Positions 11,801 through 24,800 are shown, counted from the first letter of the stretch. The stretch is DNA of 64,000 bases from Lytechinus pictus (GCF_037042905.1 NC_087245.1:2606001-2670000); one strand, 5' to 3'. Numbers and translations are program-made. Notes: a model not told the origin generated them from the letters alone.

Positions 11801-12218
11801 ATTAATTTTGTGAATTTTACACGATGCACAAAATTCACTCACGTTTTATTGATGCATGATACGTCTATGTTTTTTGATGCGTCGAATTAGATTATTCACG
11901 GACTTTGAAATTATATCAAGTTATGATAAATTGGTAAGAATAAGCAAAGTGACATGTTTTATACCATAAAAAATGAAACAAAGGTATATAATTTCATTGT
12001 TCATACAAAAAGAAAACAAATGTTTCTTTCAGACTGCATTCTTGACACTTTCAACTCGACTTGACTTCCTGAAAGAATTGTCATTGAACGAGGCTGACTT
12101 CGCTAGACCCGATTTTGAAGAAAAAGTCATCGCAGATTCCCGGGATTATTTCATCGCCTTAGATCAGAGATTGGAAATCATCGAAGGATTCTTTTTACAG
12201 CATGATATAAAACTTTAA
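2649..12218 (+). CDS. Glycolipid transfer protein (GLTP)-domain gene, PLEKHA8/FAPP2-like, 7 exons, about 263 aa from the first in-frame ATG
   Basis: Exons 2649(or 2522)-2830, 3615-3700, 7157-7215, 9332-9480, 10210-10277, 10825-10886, 12033-12218 join in frame with GT-AG sites. GLTP-fold motifs: TFF..., IPTLEFL, EADIQGNIKK, ALKWLVRAFRFI, AYDETLKMHHGF. The 5' end is uncertain. Confidence 0.85.
3245..3518 (+). mobile_element. tRNA-derived SINE, full length
   Basis: A-box TGGCCCAGTGG, B-box GGTTCGAATCC, central core CACTCAACCCAGGTGAGGTAAATGGGTACC and an (ATT)n tail. Confidence 0.9.
3615..3700 (+). CDS. GLTP-like exon
   Basis: CAG|...FKDVPILPNRSIPTLEFLDACLNAVQIL|GTAAGT. Confidence 0.85.
3986..4844 (+). 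mobile_element. Helentron-associated non-autonomous element (HINE/DINE-1-like) with internal tandem array
   Basis: Starts in a T run with GTCTCACCTGCA plus a 5' hairpin (GTGAGAC) and a (GGC)n microsatellite. It has four 150-190 bp internal units, a 3' subterminal inverted copy TGTAGGGGAGAC (4811-4822), and ends CTTGTT. Confidence 0.75.
5993..6793. mobile_element. Tc1/mariner-type MITE with long TIRs, TA TSD
   Basis: TA|CAGTGCGTCCCA...TGGGACGCACTT|TA with inverted arms of about 300 bp. Confidence 0.85.
6830..6945 (-). mobile_element. Degenerate SINE fragment
   Basis: Reverse complement contains TTGCCACACTCCACCCAGGTAG, which matches the core of the SINE at 3245. Confidence 0.55.
7157..7215 (+). 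CDS. GLTP-like exon
   Basis: CAG|KNMRRAIFDRVEADIQGNIK|GTAATA; carries the D...GN motif. Confidence 0.85.
7490..8974. mobile_element. hAT-type MITE (outer), 8-bp TSD ATATCATT
   Basis: ATATCATT|CACTGGCGTAAATCC...GGATTTACGCCAGTG|ATATCATT. Confidence 0.9.
7597..8535. mobile_element. hAT-type MITE (nested), 8-bp TSD TATGTCCA
   Basis: TATGTCCA|CAGTGGCGTA...TACGCCACTG|TATGTCCA with internal GCGAGCGCGAAGCGCGAG repeats. Confidence 0.9.
9332..9480 (+). CDS. GLTP-like exon
   Basis: AAG|KIRDNYNSHPDESYTLQSMVIHDVE...STILALKWLVR|GTATTA. Confidence 0.85.
10210..10277 (+). CDS. GLTP-like exon
   Basis: CAG|AFRFISRFMKYIIEGGDQIQSA|GTGAGT. Confidence 0.85.
10825..10886 (+). CDS. GLTP-like exon
   Basis: TAG|NKAYDETLKMHHGFIARAFFK|GTGAGA. 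Confidence 0.9.
12033..12218 (+). CDS. GLTP-like last coding exon
   Basis: CAG|TAFLTLSTRLDFLKEL...LDQRLEIIEGFFLQHDIKL*. Confidence 0.85.
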   Translation, partial: TAFLTLSTRLDFLKELSLNEADFARPDFEEKVIADSRDYFIALDQRLEIIEGFFLQHDIKL

Positions 12219-12827
12219 TCATCTTGAATATTATTTTATGCGCTCTTTTTATACTGAATGAATTGCTGCTTTTGAAGTATATGATGCTCATGTTTTTTTA
12301 CGATGTGTTCTGATTTTTTTTTTTCAACATAAAAATGTGTTTTAAACTTGTAATCTGTATTCGTAAATATAGCCTGTTAAGAAGAACATTGAACTAACAT
12401 ATTTGAAAAGAGAAGGTACATACAGATAGATGGATGCGTGGAACCGGGGAGTGGACGGATTGATGGGTGGATAGATATATGGATAAAGTTTATTACATGT
12501 TGAACATTACTACTGCATTTTTTTCTGATCATGTTAGTCTATTTGCATTTATGAAAAAATCTTCCACTGCATGTTTCGGACATTTTTTTCTCTCTCACGC
12601 CTTTTGTTATTGTATACTGTTTATAGCATTTACTCATCTTTTCTGCAACTCTTATGTCATAATATTGTATACCTCTTACTTTTTTCAATGTTGTGTTTTA
12701 CTAATATGTTGATTTGTGTTTTGTTTTGGCGGTGAATACATGTTGATAATGTATCCGCAAGGCCACATCGAATACCATATCTTTTCAAAGGGATACCGAG
12801 GAAAAAACAAATAATATAAATATACAT

Positions 12828-12892
12828 GTAGATAGATCAGATTAGATAGATATGCAGATAGATATGCAGGTAGATAGAAAGATAGATAGATA
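12828..12892 (+). repeat. (GATA)n microsatellite
   Basis: Imperfect TAGA/GATA run. Confidence 0.7.
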
Positions 12893-13434
12893 ACCGAAGG
12901 ATCATGTTTCCTATCTAACTTTAATAAGTATTATTACGCATATGATATACAGACGTAAAAACATTCACTACAGACCTTTTTTTTTCATTTCAGGTGGAGA
13001 TTGTGTAAATGTTTTACATAGAGCCCTATACACTTGCCATATGTATATATTTTTAAATATACTGCATTAAACTCATAATCACTATTAATACTGAATTTTT
13101 ATAAAGTTATATCAATATTCCTATCATCTCTGTATTTAAAAATAAAGTTGGGTACCCCATGTTCTGAAATATGACTATTATTAGCCCAAGAATGTACCAA
13201 CCATAATGGCAATTATTTTATGTGCCAAAACATACATTTACCAAATAATGGATAATTAATAAAATAAAAAAATGACATTGATGTAAGGAAAAGTGTTATT
13301 TATAACTTTTAAATTCATATTCCAATAATATATCATCTAAGTCACTAAAGAAGAAGGGAATAAGTGAAGAGTGAGAAACAAAGTGTGTGTGCAAGAGAGA
13401 GATATGAGAAATAAAGACAGATAATAATAATAGT

Positions 13435-13903
13435 ATTGCACCTAAAAAAATTTGTCAAATGTTTACTCTTAATAAATCTATCCATTCCCATAATACCCGC
13501 TCATGTATAAAATACCATTACCCAAAGGTTTCGTCTCAGTCCTTACTCAACTCTCTTAGACACAACGGTCCCCGTATTTGGAACAATTTACCTAATAATT
13601 TTATGTCATGCACTACATTGTCATCTTTTAAGGTCTTATTGAAGAGACAGCTCGTCTCTTCCTATTCCTTGTAACTCTATTTTAAGTACCTATGTATCAT
13701 GCGTGTGATGGTGTGTGTGTGTTTATATTATATCGTAACATGTGTTTCTTTTCCCTGTTTTGGGGGACTATGACTCACAAGTTTTTTAAACTTTCATATT
13801 AGTCTCCAATTTCATTCATTAGATTAAATCTCGATTGTTGCATGTTACTTTGTATATATGTTATGATTTTATGATTGAAATAAAATTGAAATTGAATTGA
13901 AAA
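13435..13903 (+). mobile_element. 5'-truncated CR1/L2-clade LINE, 3' end
   Basis: ORF 13459-13674 (HSHNTR...GPRIWNNLP...SSFKVLLK) matches the typical C-terminus of CR1/L2 ORF2. It is followed by a 3' UTR ending AATAAA-(ATTGA)n. Confidence 0.8.
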
Positions 13904-14199
13904 ATAGCGATGGAGAGTGAGATATAGTGGAAGACGGTGGATGAGAGAATGCAAGTAAAAACAAGTATGAGATTTGTTGAATTGATGAAAATGATAAAAC
14001 TTTGGAGACTAGTCATTATTTTAAGGACAAAAAAAAATGGGGCTAGGTCTAGTGAGATATAAATAACATCAAGATAACTTCATGATGCTTGCAGGCACTG
14101 ATTAGTTGATAGTTACCATAGTAAAAGTCATAAACTAGTCCTTCTCAGCCAATCAAAACAAAGGTCTTTATATGAAACACTCCATGGACTCAAGAAATT

Positions 14200-17100
14200 G
14201 TATTTTTAAGTGAATAATTGAGCAGAGTTAACTCTGCAATTCAATCAATTTTGGAGGAGTTTTTCAAAAGAAGATTGTTAATGCTAGTCGCATGTTTTCA
14301 ATGGGACAACAAGAATTCAATGACAACGATCATACTTTCCTCAATTCACACTCCAAGAACAAATGCGATATTAGAATTATTAATATTTCAAAATACAAGA
14401 AAGAAATAGTTAAACAAAATACTTGCAATGAGAATGATTGTTATTCATAACTTCACACACACAAACAATGCAACACAAGAAACGAATCACACAACATGCA
14501 AGGCAACGGACACAAGAAGTAACTTAAGAATTTTTTTAGGTGTATTTTTTCTTCTGTTTTCATCTCCCCAGCATTTCACGAACCCCAAATGCACATTTTT
14601 GTTATATACGTACAAATAACAGCAGAACAATAACACTACATTCATCTCAGAGTACACAGCTTGAAATGAAAGAACATTATAACAGAAAATAAAGGCAATA
14701 TATCCTGCTATGATTTTGGCATTGGATAACACAAAATAATAAAAATATGCAAGTATTGTTACTTGATACTAGCTGATCACATTATACAATGCATTTTCTT
14801 CTACACTGCAAAATACATGTTGGCATCATATAAATAAGCAATTACATTTTCACTTAATAATCTTTCATGTCTACATTCATGCATGCATCTTCTTTATTTA
14901 AAAAAATCCTCACCTCCGTTTTGGTAGAAAGTATAACCAGTTTTTCAACACTATTTTCAAATTTTACATCAATGTCCTCCATATAAATCAACAATTCCGG
15001 CACTCTAACCAAGATCTATGTGAATAATATAAAATCTGCTTGCTACTATACTCAATTTTACAAACGTGTGGAAGATAAAGATATATGATCATATATAATA
15101 GTCTGTCTTTACATGTCATTGCAAGATATTTATAAACACACAATACTAGAGTACATAACAATTTCCATACAAAATATTCACAGAAAATATACAGGGAGCG
15201 ATGGATATAATATGTGGTTACAACTATACAAATTGCAGACTTCAAATGAACTAGTTATGGGCAGTAGCAATAGTAATAATCTACAACATGGGATTGTTAT
15301 ACACAAGATATTATAATAGTGCTTGCAAGAAAGCTCACCACTAACTAAACAATACATGCCCCAATTTTACTAACACAAATAGTTTAAGTTTACTTCAAAT
15401 ATTACAAGTTCAATTAACAGGGCTGTTCCAAGCAAAGGTGCAATATACTCTCAAAATATCTCAAAGTTCTTTGACAATGTTACTTTCAAAACGGATTCTC
15501 CTGATACAGCACAATAAAGCAAATAAAATACAGAAATAAATACATTTCACATGGATTAAACCTAAAAAATAATATATTTGTTTTTATTGGCCAAAGAACT
15601 TAATAAAGAATCTCAAAAATTTTTAACAAATATTTCTGTTTGAGGCAATTTCAATAACCCAATATATCATAATGATTAATGCTTTCTTTCTTCTTCTTTT
15701 TTTTTTTTTTGGGGGGGGGGGGTGTCATTTTCATGGAAAGAAAATCTTTCCTGTGTCATTCAAGTATAGTGCTGAAAGCAACAGTTGAAATGCAAATATA
15801 CACAACTCCATAAAATTTGAAGAAAATTTTGTGTCATAGCATCAAAGCAGGGTCAAACAATATAAAGTTCATTTTTAAAAACAAAATTTATGTAAGACTC
15901 AATCATTGTAAAATGTATGCATTGTATGAAAACATATCAGTTATCAGAGAGAAAGAGGTCCTGAAATAAAATCATCTCTGCATACAAATATATGCAGATA
16001 TTATTATTTTACTTGCTTGCATACAAATGACAAATGATATAATAATACTTCTAGAATTCAAATAGATAATACCCATCTGTGATTCTTATCATCTTCATGT
16101 CTCATGTTAAAATCTTAGTATAAAACTTCCTCTGGGTCACTTAACAATGTTCATAAGGAGATTTTTACAATTTGAAATACTTCAAATATAAAGAGGCATA
16201 TAAAAAGATTTCAAAGTATAGACATCCATTTTGTTTCATAGTAGTATTAATACTTATTGACATGACTTAGTGTGCTCTAACACTTACAACGTGAATGGGT
16301 GATGATCATTATATAAATACTTTCATAGTTTAACATAGTAATTGGGAGCTTCTTAAACGTTTACAATTTAACATGATCAAGCTGCAACGACACAGTTACT
16401 AAGCAACAAATCAAGGCACATATCATTAAAGCAAAATAGATCAAGAATAAATCATAAAAATAATATGAGGTGCTCTGAGAATAATGATAAAATAACATCA
16501 GTTACAGAAAAGACTCTGTTCACATTACTTAGACAAAATGGCACAATAAAAACTGAATGATGAGCAACTGTGAACAAGTCTTCTTTTCCATTTGAACATC
16601 AATACATCAAGACTGACTGAGTTAAGACAGTGAGGTTGCAAGCCAAGATTTGTAACAGGGTCTAAGTAATGTGAACATAGCCTTACATACACACTTCATA
16701 CCATATCTTATATTTCATAATTATAATTATCTTTTTCCGATCGTACTAACTACAATTGCACAAGAAACTACCGCACCACATGGTATATAATTCTTCAGAC
16801 AATGAAACTGCTTTCCAAAGGTAAATCTACAGGATTAGACTTAATTGCAATATATATAGATAATGTACATATTTCAACAGGTTATACAAGAGTTACAAAT
16901 AAGCATACCATCCGATAATCTTCATTGCAAATCATTGTTTTTTGTACAAAATTTACCATGTGATTGTAAAATTATACAAAAATATCACATCCAATAGCAA
17001 CCAAGTCCAAGAAGTGGAAACTTCCAAACTTTGTTTCTGTACAGGTCCTTTTAAGTTTAACAAGAAATAAACCTAAATTAATGATGATCCATCATGTATC

Positions 17101-18586
17101 TCATCTTCTGAGCAACAAGGAAGAGATGGTACATGTAATAAGTTAAACAGATATTTCTTTCATTTTAAAATCATCATCGGTAATAATTACATAAACAACT
17201 GGAATAGCTCCACCTCACCTGTCTAACAAAGAAATATCGTATTGTAAAAACAAAGGATAGTTGAATGAAGTAATTTGTGTCTGGGGAACTGCCATATGAA
17301 AAGGGAGGGGGGGTAGACAAGAAAGAGAGAGTAAGAAAGATAATAAGAGAGATAGGGCAGAAAGAGTACAAAGAAAAAGAGAGATTCTCTGACTGATTAT
17401 TACAGTGAGTATGTACATATATTGAGAATAAGATCATTATCTCTACATATTCAAGAACATTCTTCAGCTAATGTACAAATATACACAAATGAAATTAAGT
17501 AATATGAAATATATTACCGATACCTCCATAAAGCCACAAACAACCTTATATATTAAGTGATGTGCAGCAGAGTATTGTTTAACTTCATAGTTAAGGCTCC
17601 ATTGTGAATTGTGCATTTTCTTGCTATAACAAAATAGGCTGAAGTACACAAGATTGATTTGGCTGTGGTAGACCAAAGAATTGCAGTGTCCTTCCTGTAC
17701 TTATTTCATTCTAGCAAGATAGCGCAAAAGAGGCTTATGCGTCCTCTTCCATTAATTTCTTGTTTTAACAACTTATCCATGCTCCTGTAACATGTCGCAG
17801 GCAACACAGCCATGCGGCCTCAACACGCTACAAGTTCTTCAACAGAGAATGGGGGCACAATCCACCAGCACAGAACACGGTCCAGCCGCATGCAAGGATG
17901 TCACTTGCAAATAACAGTTCCACATGAAGCCTGATGTGAACATCAATTCTTAAACCAGTCCATAAATGAATAAAATGATTGATTGGAATTCATGATGTCA
18001 GATTCATGATAATAAGACCTTGATGATTAGACTTTGACTTCCAATGAAATCTACATTGGTAATAATTCATCTAGTAATCCCATCAAAGCATTACATAATG
18101 CAAGATATCTACATTCATTATAAACAAGAATTATATCTACAGAGTACACAATACAAGTTGATTTCAGATACACTACTGAACATACAATATATTTTGGTAC
18201 TACAGTCAAACTTCAGATTTAAAAAACATTGCTCTTGGTGGTCAATGAAAGGTATTACAGCCGTCAATATAATAGACCCTATATCATCTTGATAGATCAC
18301 ATGGTATAAGAGAATACTCAGCCTTAATCATTCCAGTTGGGATACATGGTATAGTATGCTCCATCAAAGACTTGTATCTAATGGATAATGACAGTAGATG
18401 CTCACCTACATATAGATCTTAATAGATAGCACGTACTACAGACTACTGTGATTGTCACATTGTAAGGGCATTTCTTACAGAGATCAACCTTACTCACAGA
18501 CCAATCCTGTGCCACACCACGGAGTGTACCCACCATTCTCCTTAAGTTGTTACCACACGAGGCAGGCAACGCAGGACGTGTTGCCT
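14200..18586 (-). other. Probable long DIP2 3' UTR
   Basis: AT-rich, largely TE-free region after the DIP2 stop. Minus-strand AATAAA sites occur near 15585 and 14895; the true end is unknown. Confidence 0.45.
16511..16683. mobile_element. Small MITE relic / inverted repeat
   Basis: Perfect 18-bp inverted repeat TGTTCACATTACTTAGAC (16517-16534) and GTCTAAGTAATGTGAACA (16660-16677). Confidence 0.6.
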
Positions 18587-18839
18587 CTACATGTTGTAGG
18601 CCACATAGATGGGATCAAGTTGATCAGCGAGGAAACCATCCCTGAGATGCATACGTTGTTTCTCACCCCTTGAGTTAATAGGAATGACAGCAGGGTCCAC
18701 CATCACCACTACACCAACGATCAGGTAATGCTCCTCCAGGACAGCGTTGGTGACCAAGGGGACAAGGTCAAGGGCTTCTGATTCCTTCCCATCCAGTTCC
18801 ACGACCACCACCAATAAGTTGGTCCATGTGAAGACAGCA
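18587..18839 (-). CDS. DIP2: DIP2 last coding exon
   Basis: AVFTWTNLLVVVVEL...DPIYVAYNM*. Confidence 0.95.
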
Positions 18840-21800
18840 CTGTGGAAAGAAGGCACAAGCAAAATTATTTACTGATCCTAAAAGAAAAAGCTGCCCTTAT
18901 CGCATTTACTGCTTACTATAATTTCACAACTTGTATAAATCCATTACTGTAATTCTTGAACTTATTCCTATTCTTCAGCATGGATACTTATATGAATAAG
19001 TCAATAATACATAATTTATATCCTTTATATCATCATCATTCGAATTATATAACACATCAATGCTTAACACGACATATTTTCTTCGTTATCATAAGTGGAT
19101 GATTTAATATTTGAATATTTTTATTCATTTCAATTTATATTAACTTTTCTCTAAGAGGATGATTTAATATTTGAATACTTTGATTCAATTCAATTCATAT
19201 TAACTTTTCTCTAATGAAAAGGATCATTACAAAGCAATCACCACAATGAAATTAATCCATTAAAAGTAAAAACAAATTTGCAAAATAAAATGGATACAAA
19301 GCCTTTGATTAATTCTTATGATTGGGGAGACACATCCCTTCTTAAAGTCATTGCTGTCCATCTAACAATATTTCAAAATCATATTTGTACTTACCACTCA
19401 CACACGTTCTTATGACATCTTAGTACAGTGTTTTCAATGTCTATAGGATGGTATCTCATTCCTCTCATCATCAATGTCTCATCCAATGACCCAACAACAA
19501 ACAGAGCATCATGGCGATCTGAAACAAAAACAACACATTTGTTGGTTATAATTAAAAGGATGGTTTAGGTAATTTTCCCAATAAGACCTTATGTGTAATT
19601 GAAAACTACCTCTTCCTGTAATTTGCAAATTGTCAAATCCATCCTGTTATGTGATCTTGTAAGTACATTGGTCCTGGCATATAGCTTTTTTGGGATTATC
19701 CTGGCTTCATTGTTCAATCTATAATCTGATTTTATATCAGAGAATTTTTTACAACACCAATTTATGCTAGCCTTGTCTAAATTGGAGGTGATACTTAAAG
19801 AGACTTAAAGTTACACATTATTTGGTACATGAAAGAGAATTTCTCTCAGATTATCTCCTTTAATATGAATATGATCTCTTAATATTAATCATTATTATGA
19901 ACACGTTTGTAAGTCTAACCCTAGTTTCACATGAAATATTGTGATGTTCTCAAATCATCATATCTTCAGCATTTTAATGGAGTGAAGTTAGATCAGAGAG
20001 ACAAAAATTTTGAAATTTTTTATGGAATTGACATTATATGAAAGTGTGACAGACACTGGAACCTACCCCCATCCGCTTGCGTTAGATCAGTCCTCTTGAG
20101 GAATCCAAGATAACCTGTCCTGGCAAACGTGCCATGCGTCTCACCGGTCCTTAGCTGAGCAGTGAAGTGATCATTATGAAGGGATTCATCTCCATAGATA
20201 GTGAAGTATCCACATGAGTTGTGCGGTGATGAGACCCAGATCTATGTGAAAGAATAGAACATTGAATAAGTATTCATATATCAAAATCATGTAGTCACTT
20301 GTGCACTATGAGAGACATAGTAGTCAAGACCATTCCCAAAGCTGGATACAAGTTTTTGGATGCAATAATCATCTTTCCATTAGAAAATGTCTGTATGACA
20401 CATTTGGGTAACAAATGAGCTCTTGGCAAGCACACATGAATATATTTCATATAGAGTGGTATGATACAAATTAGTATTCATTTTTATTATTGCTGTTATT
20501 ACACTATATACTGGCACAATATGATTACTCATTGTTCCTATGTGGGTGAGGAACATATATATATTACATAGGTTATGTAGTTTCGAATCAGTGATAGGTC
20601 AATACGCCATCACGTGACCATAGCTGCAAGGATCACATTTGTTATATTCTGGGTTTTGACGTCACCTCAGTGAATATAACTGCGTTGTATTGTCAATTGC
20701 GGCGTTATATACACTAATGTGACGTCACTCGCTGCTTAGGAGTTGCGTAATCAGGTAGTTTATTTGATGTACGCGCTAGTGTTAACGCGTTGATTGCATG
20801 AAGAACGCGCTTGATGTATTTAAAAAAAAAAATCTACTATGACGTAGATGGATCAGAGCTGTAGCAAGAATTTTAGGTTTGAGCCAGATGATGAATGCAA
20901 TCTCTGCTGGCGAATCCACATAGACTATATCATATAACAGATATTGCCTGGTCTATCGTTTTAATAAATAACATTTCAACTCCCCTCCGAAGCTATATTT
21001 TCCCTCAGCGCTGTGCGCTTCGGGCAAAATCATGAAATCCCTTGGGAAAAATATAACTCCGTCGGGGAGAGGAAATGTTATATTCAAACTCTAGGTAGGC
21101 AATATCTGTATAATATCCACTCTTATATTATCAGCACACTCATTTCGATACAGCCCATGTATGAAACTTCATGACATCATGTGAAACTAGAACATAACAC
21201 TTTTCATTTTCGGTATGAGTTTGATAAAGTTTTCAGTTGAGCTTGTGTCTCTTTTGTTCAAATCAGACTGATATTAGGGTGAACCTCAGGCCCGTAACAT
21301 AAAGCTTAGCAATGATCACAGAACTTTTTTCTACAAAAGATTGCATTGACTTCAATGTACAATCAATCATGAAAATCAAGCTTACAATTAATTGCTACAG
21401 TGTAAGCTTTGTGTTACGGTTTCCTGATCTTTATAAAATGGCTTTAAAAGTCTGGCAATAGTTACCTCTCCGAGGTGAGAGTCTGCACACTGGCCCATGG
21501 TCTCAGGGTGAGCTATTACAACCTTCACTCCAGGTAAGATCTACAAAGATCAATACCAAGACAAAGAAAAGCACGATTGAAGAGCAATAATCATCACAAT
21601 CACAATAATTGTCATAATTATAGCCATTAACATAATCAATCATAGTCATAACAATAGCAGGAATAACAATCATAGCTATAACCTTGTTCAAAATCCTAAC
21701 TACAATCAGTCAATTTAGAAGAGTCCATACCATCCTGTCGCCTTGCATTACAGAAGATTGCATGTCCTTGTAGCTCTTTAGCAAATTGACTGTCACCTTA

Positions 21801-24800
21801 TAATTGGTTTCAGATGATAAGTTTCGAAAAAACAAAAACTTTTATAACTGAACTGCTCTCTTAATTATTCCGCTTTCATTTAACCTTACAGTACTGTCAT
21901 CTTTCATTCATTAAAAGGAAAAAAATGAATAGGCACAACCCTCTCATGAGAGATTCCTAATCTAAACAGTTTGTGGTGGGCATCCTCAATGATTGAACAT
22001 TAATCAGGAGGAGTAACACTACCATATGACCAACGTGCATGTAATTGTCTCTTACTCACTATTTATAAATGAAATATACCCCCCAAAAAGGATGTGAGGG
22101 TTATAATTTTCCTGTTGTAAAGAAAGTGACAAAAAAAAAAAATTGTGAGGATTTGTGTGAGTACCTTGCCCGATTCCATGACACAGAGACTGTGAGGGCT
22201 TCCTTTCTCTACAATGGTAACCCTGTCATTCCTCAGAGCTCTCGTATCAACGTAGACGGTGGTAGGATCTGGACTCGATGCACCCTGGTTAAAGAAATCA
22301 TAGATAACACAGGCTTAATCTCCAGACAGGATGACAACCTTGATACAGAAATGCACTTTTGATGTAGGCAGAGTATAATGTAATATATAATAAAACAGCT
22401 GTAACCTGAGCTCAGCTAGAATATACCCAAATACTCTAGTTTATTCAGGACTTAGAATTATTTGTATTTGCACTTTATGAATGTTGAATATCATTTTTAG
22501 TTAGATTTTATGCAAATTTGTTAAAAACAACTCCAGCTGTAATGGCAGCTAGGTCAATAAGATTACTCTGTAGACTTCAAAAGAGTTGCAGTATTGATCA
22601 TACCTGTAATGCAATAGCCATATTGACCCTGCAGCCAAAGGACGTACTGACGGCTCTAGGTGATAAACCAAGACTTGAGAATAGCTTAGAGAAGGAGTTT
22701 GTAAGAGCTACTCTCGGCCTCTCTTCAGCCACTACCACACAGTACCTTACAGCTGACAATAAGATGCCTCGAGTCTGGAAATGAAAAGAAATTCAAATTC
22801 AATTACATGGCTTGAAATTCAGAGTTCACTTTTGAATTCTAGGCAAGAGAGAAAAAAAATTGTTCACAATGGATTTTATTAAAGTTATAGATACCACCAT
22901 TGTAGAATAAATTTTTAGCCTAAAAAATTACTACACTGCATGAATTATTTATTTGTAGTCTCAATTTGCTTAAATTGTATTTTAAAAATACATCTACAAT
23001 ATATTTTAATGAACATCCAACTTCTAATGGATTTTCAAGTAAAATACATAAAAGAGTATCAGCGTATAGTCTTATCCAAGGTTGGTTCCCTACACACAAG
23101 TGAAAGTCTTCTATACCGTAAACTAACAGCTGATGCAAAAGATTAAAGTATGGATTATGTTCATGAGTGTGAGTGATATTTCTGTAGTCCAGTCAATTTT
23201 TCATCCTGACATGAACTCCTACTACCAGTACTTAAAGACAGGCAATGGAAACCCATTTACCAAGAGAAGAATAAATGTACATAATGTAAGTTACCTTGAG
23301 GGTAGAGACGCTCTGACCGAGTCCTTTAGTACAGATCTCCATGACGGAGTAGGAGCAGAAAGTGTCACGAACTGCATGGTAGAAGATAGAAGAAGTATAT
23401 ATAATAATATAAATATAATCAAAGAAAGGTTGCCTTGAGAAAAAGACATTTGTTGGAAATATTGAAGAGGAAAGAAGAGATTATGGGATAATAGAGTTGC
23501 ATAAGGATATCAGCTGAAAGTTTTCACCTTTATGTTGACTAAGAGCTGTCAACCAGAGTGCTGGGTTGGTCTCTATTTCAGTTGGTGGAATCAGGATTGA
23601 CTGATGACCAGAGTACACACTGAAAGAACAAGAGGGAGAGCATTAACACGTATAGGGGCTACAGTTACAATTGATGCCTGCATATGCACAATGTGTAAGG
23701 CAATTTGCTCAATGCTCAACGCAAAGACATCAAATTTTTATTATACATGAATGTGAATTACTTTCTTCTGGCAATACAGGTAAATTTCAGAATGACGCTT
23801 ATTGTCCAGCCTTAATTTTGCCTTCATTTGTTTATTATTCATCTTAATGGGAAAAACAGTATCTTAATCTTGACTGTTTCTTGCTAATTCATTTGATTTT
23901 GGAGATGGTATTTTAACACATCCATGTTGATATTGTTTCCAGCTGTAATACAATCATCACAGACCAAAGGCTACCAAGATAAAGAGTAGTGTTAGGTTGA
24001 GAGATCAGATTAAGAGATTTTTTTTTATATATACCTGCTGAGTACCCAAAGGACAAATCCTAGTCCACAGTAAGGATCCAGACAAAGACATACCACCCTA
24101 GAAGGGTAGAGTTCACAGGCAAGCTTCTGGGCTCGGCACACTGCACTCGCTGCTGCATGAGACATCTAAACATACAAGAGGAGAATGAACATCATATCAT
24201 AATGAATGCATTATTATTAGACCTTGACATTCTTACAATACAAGATCTGAAAACAGATCATCCTCATTGCCACTTATCTTTCATAATTCTACCTTTATAC
24301 ATCTTTGCTGTGCTCTTTAAGCTCATACCTCCAATAATGAACATTTAATCCAATTTTAAAGTCAAATTTATAACTATTGGGGCATTGCAAGAAACTTGTG
24401 TTCAATTGCAAAACCAAGCGTACGTTTCATAATCTAGCACCATGGGGCATTATTACAAATTTGAGTTACTATTGAAGGCAAATCAACTACAGAGTTGTAA
24501 TTAATCAAAGAACATCAACATGATTTTGTTACAGACGCTTGACTTAGGATTGTATAAAGATTTCTTGAAATGCCCCAAATGAGAATAACCAAAATATCTT
24601 TGAGCTACTTAAGTGTTTGTCAACAATTCTTGTTGATGTTTCATAGACACAAAGGAACATCACCCATACTGATTCTTTCCCCAGAGCTACACTGTAGGTA
24701 TGCTACAGTGATGTCATAGGCAAGCTAGCAAACAGAATAGTTCATGAGTATTTGTAAAATAACCACCAACATACGATGATGGTGAAGATGAAGAACAGCA

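Noticed and set aside
16413..16761. miR-124 and miR-92 seed matches in the putative DIP2 3' UTR
   Set aside because: Single 7-mers in about 4 kb are compatible with chance without conservation data.
18540..18589. Stop-codon readthrough of DIP2
   Set aside because: The context is TAG-A, not a leaky TGA-C type, and the next stop follows after 14 codons.
22069..23438. Plus-strand ORFs of 70-100 aa
   Set aside because: They are antisense shadows of DIP2 exons with no independent homology.
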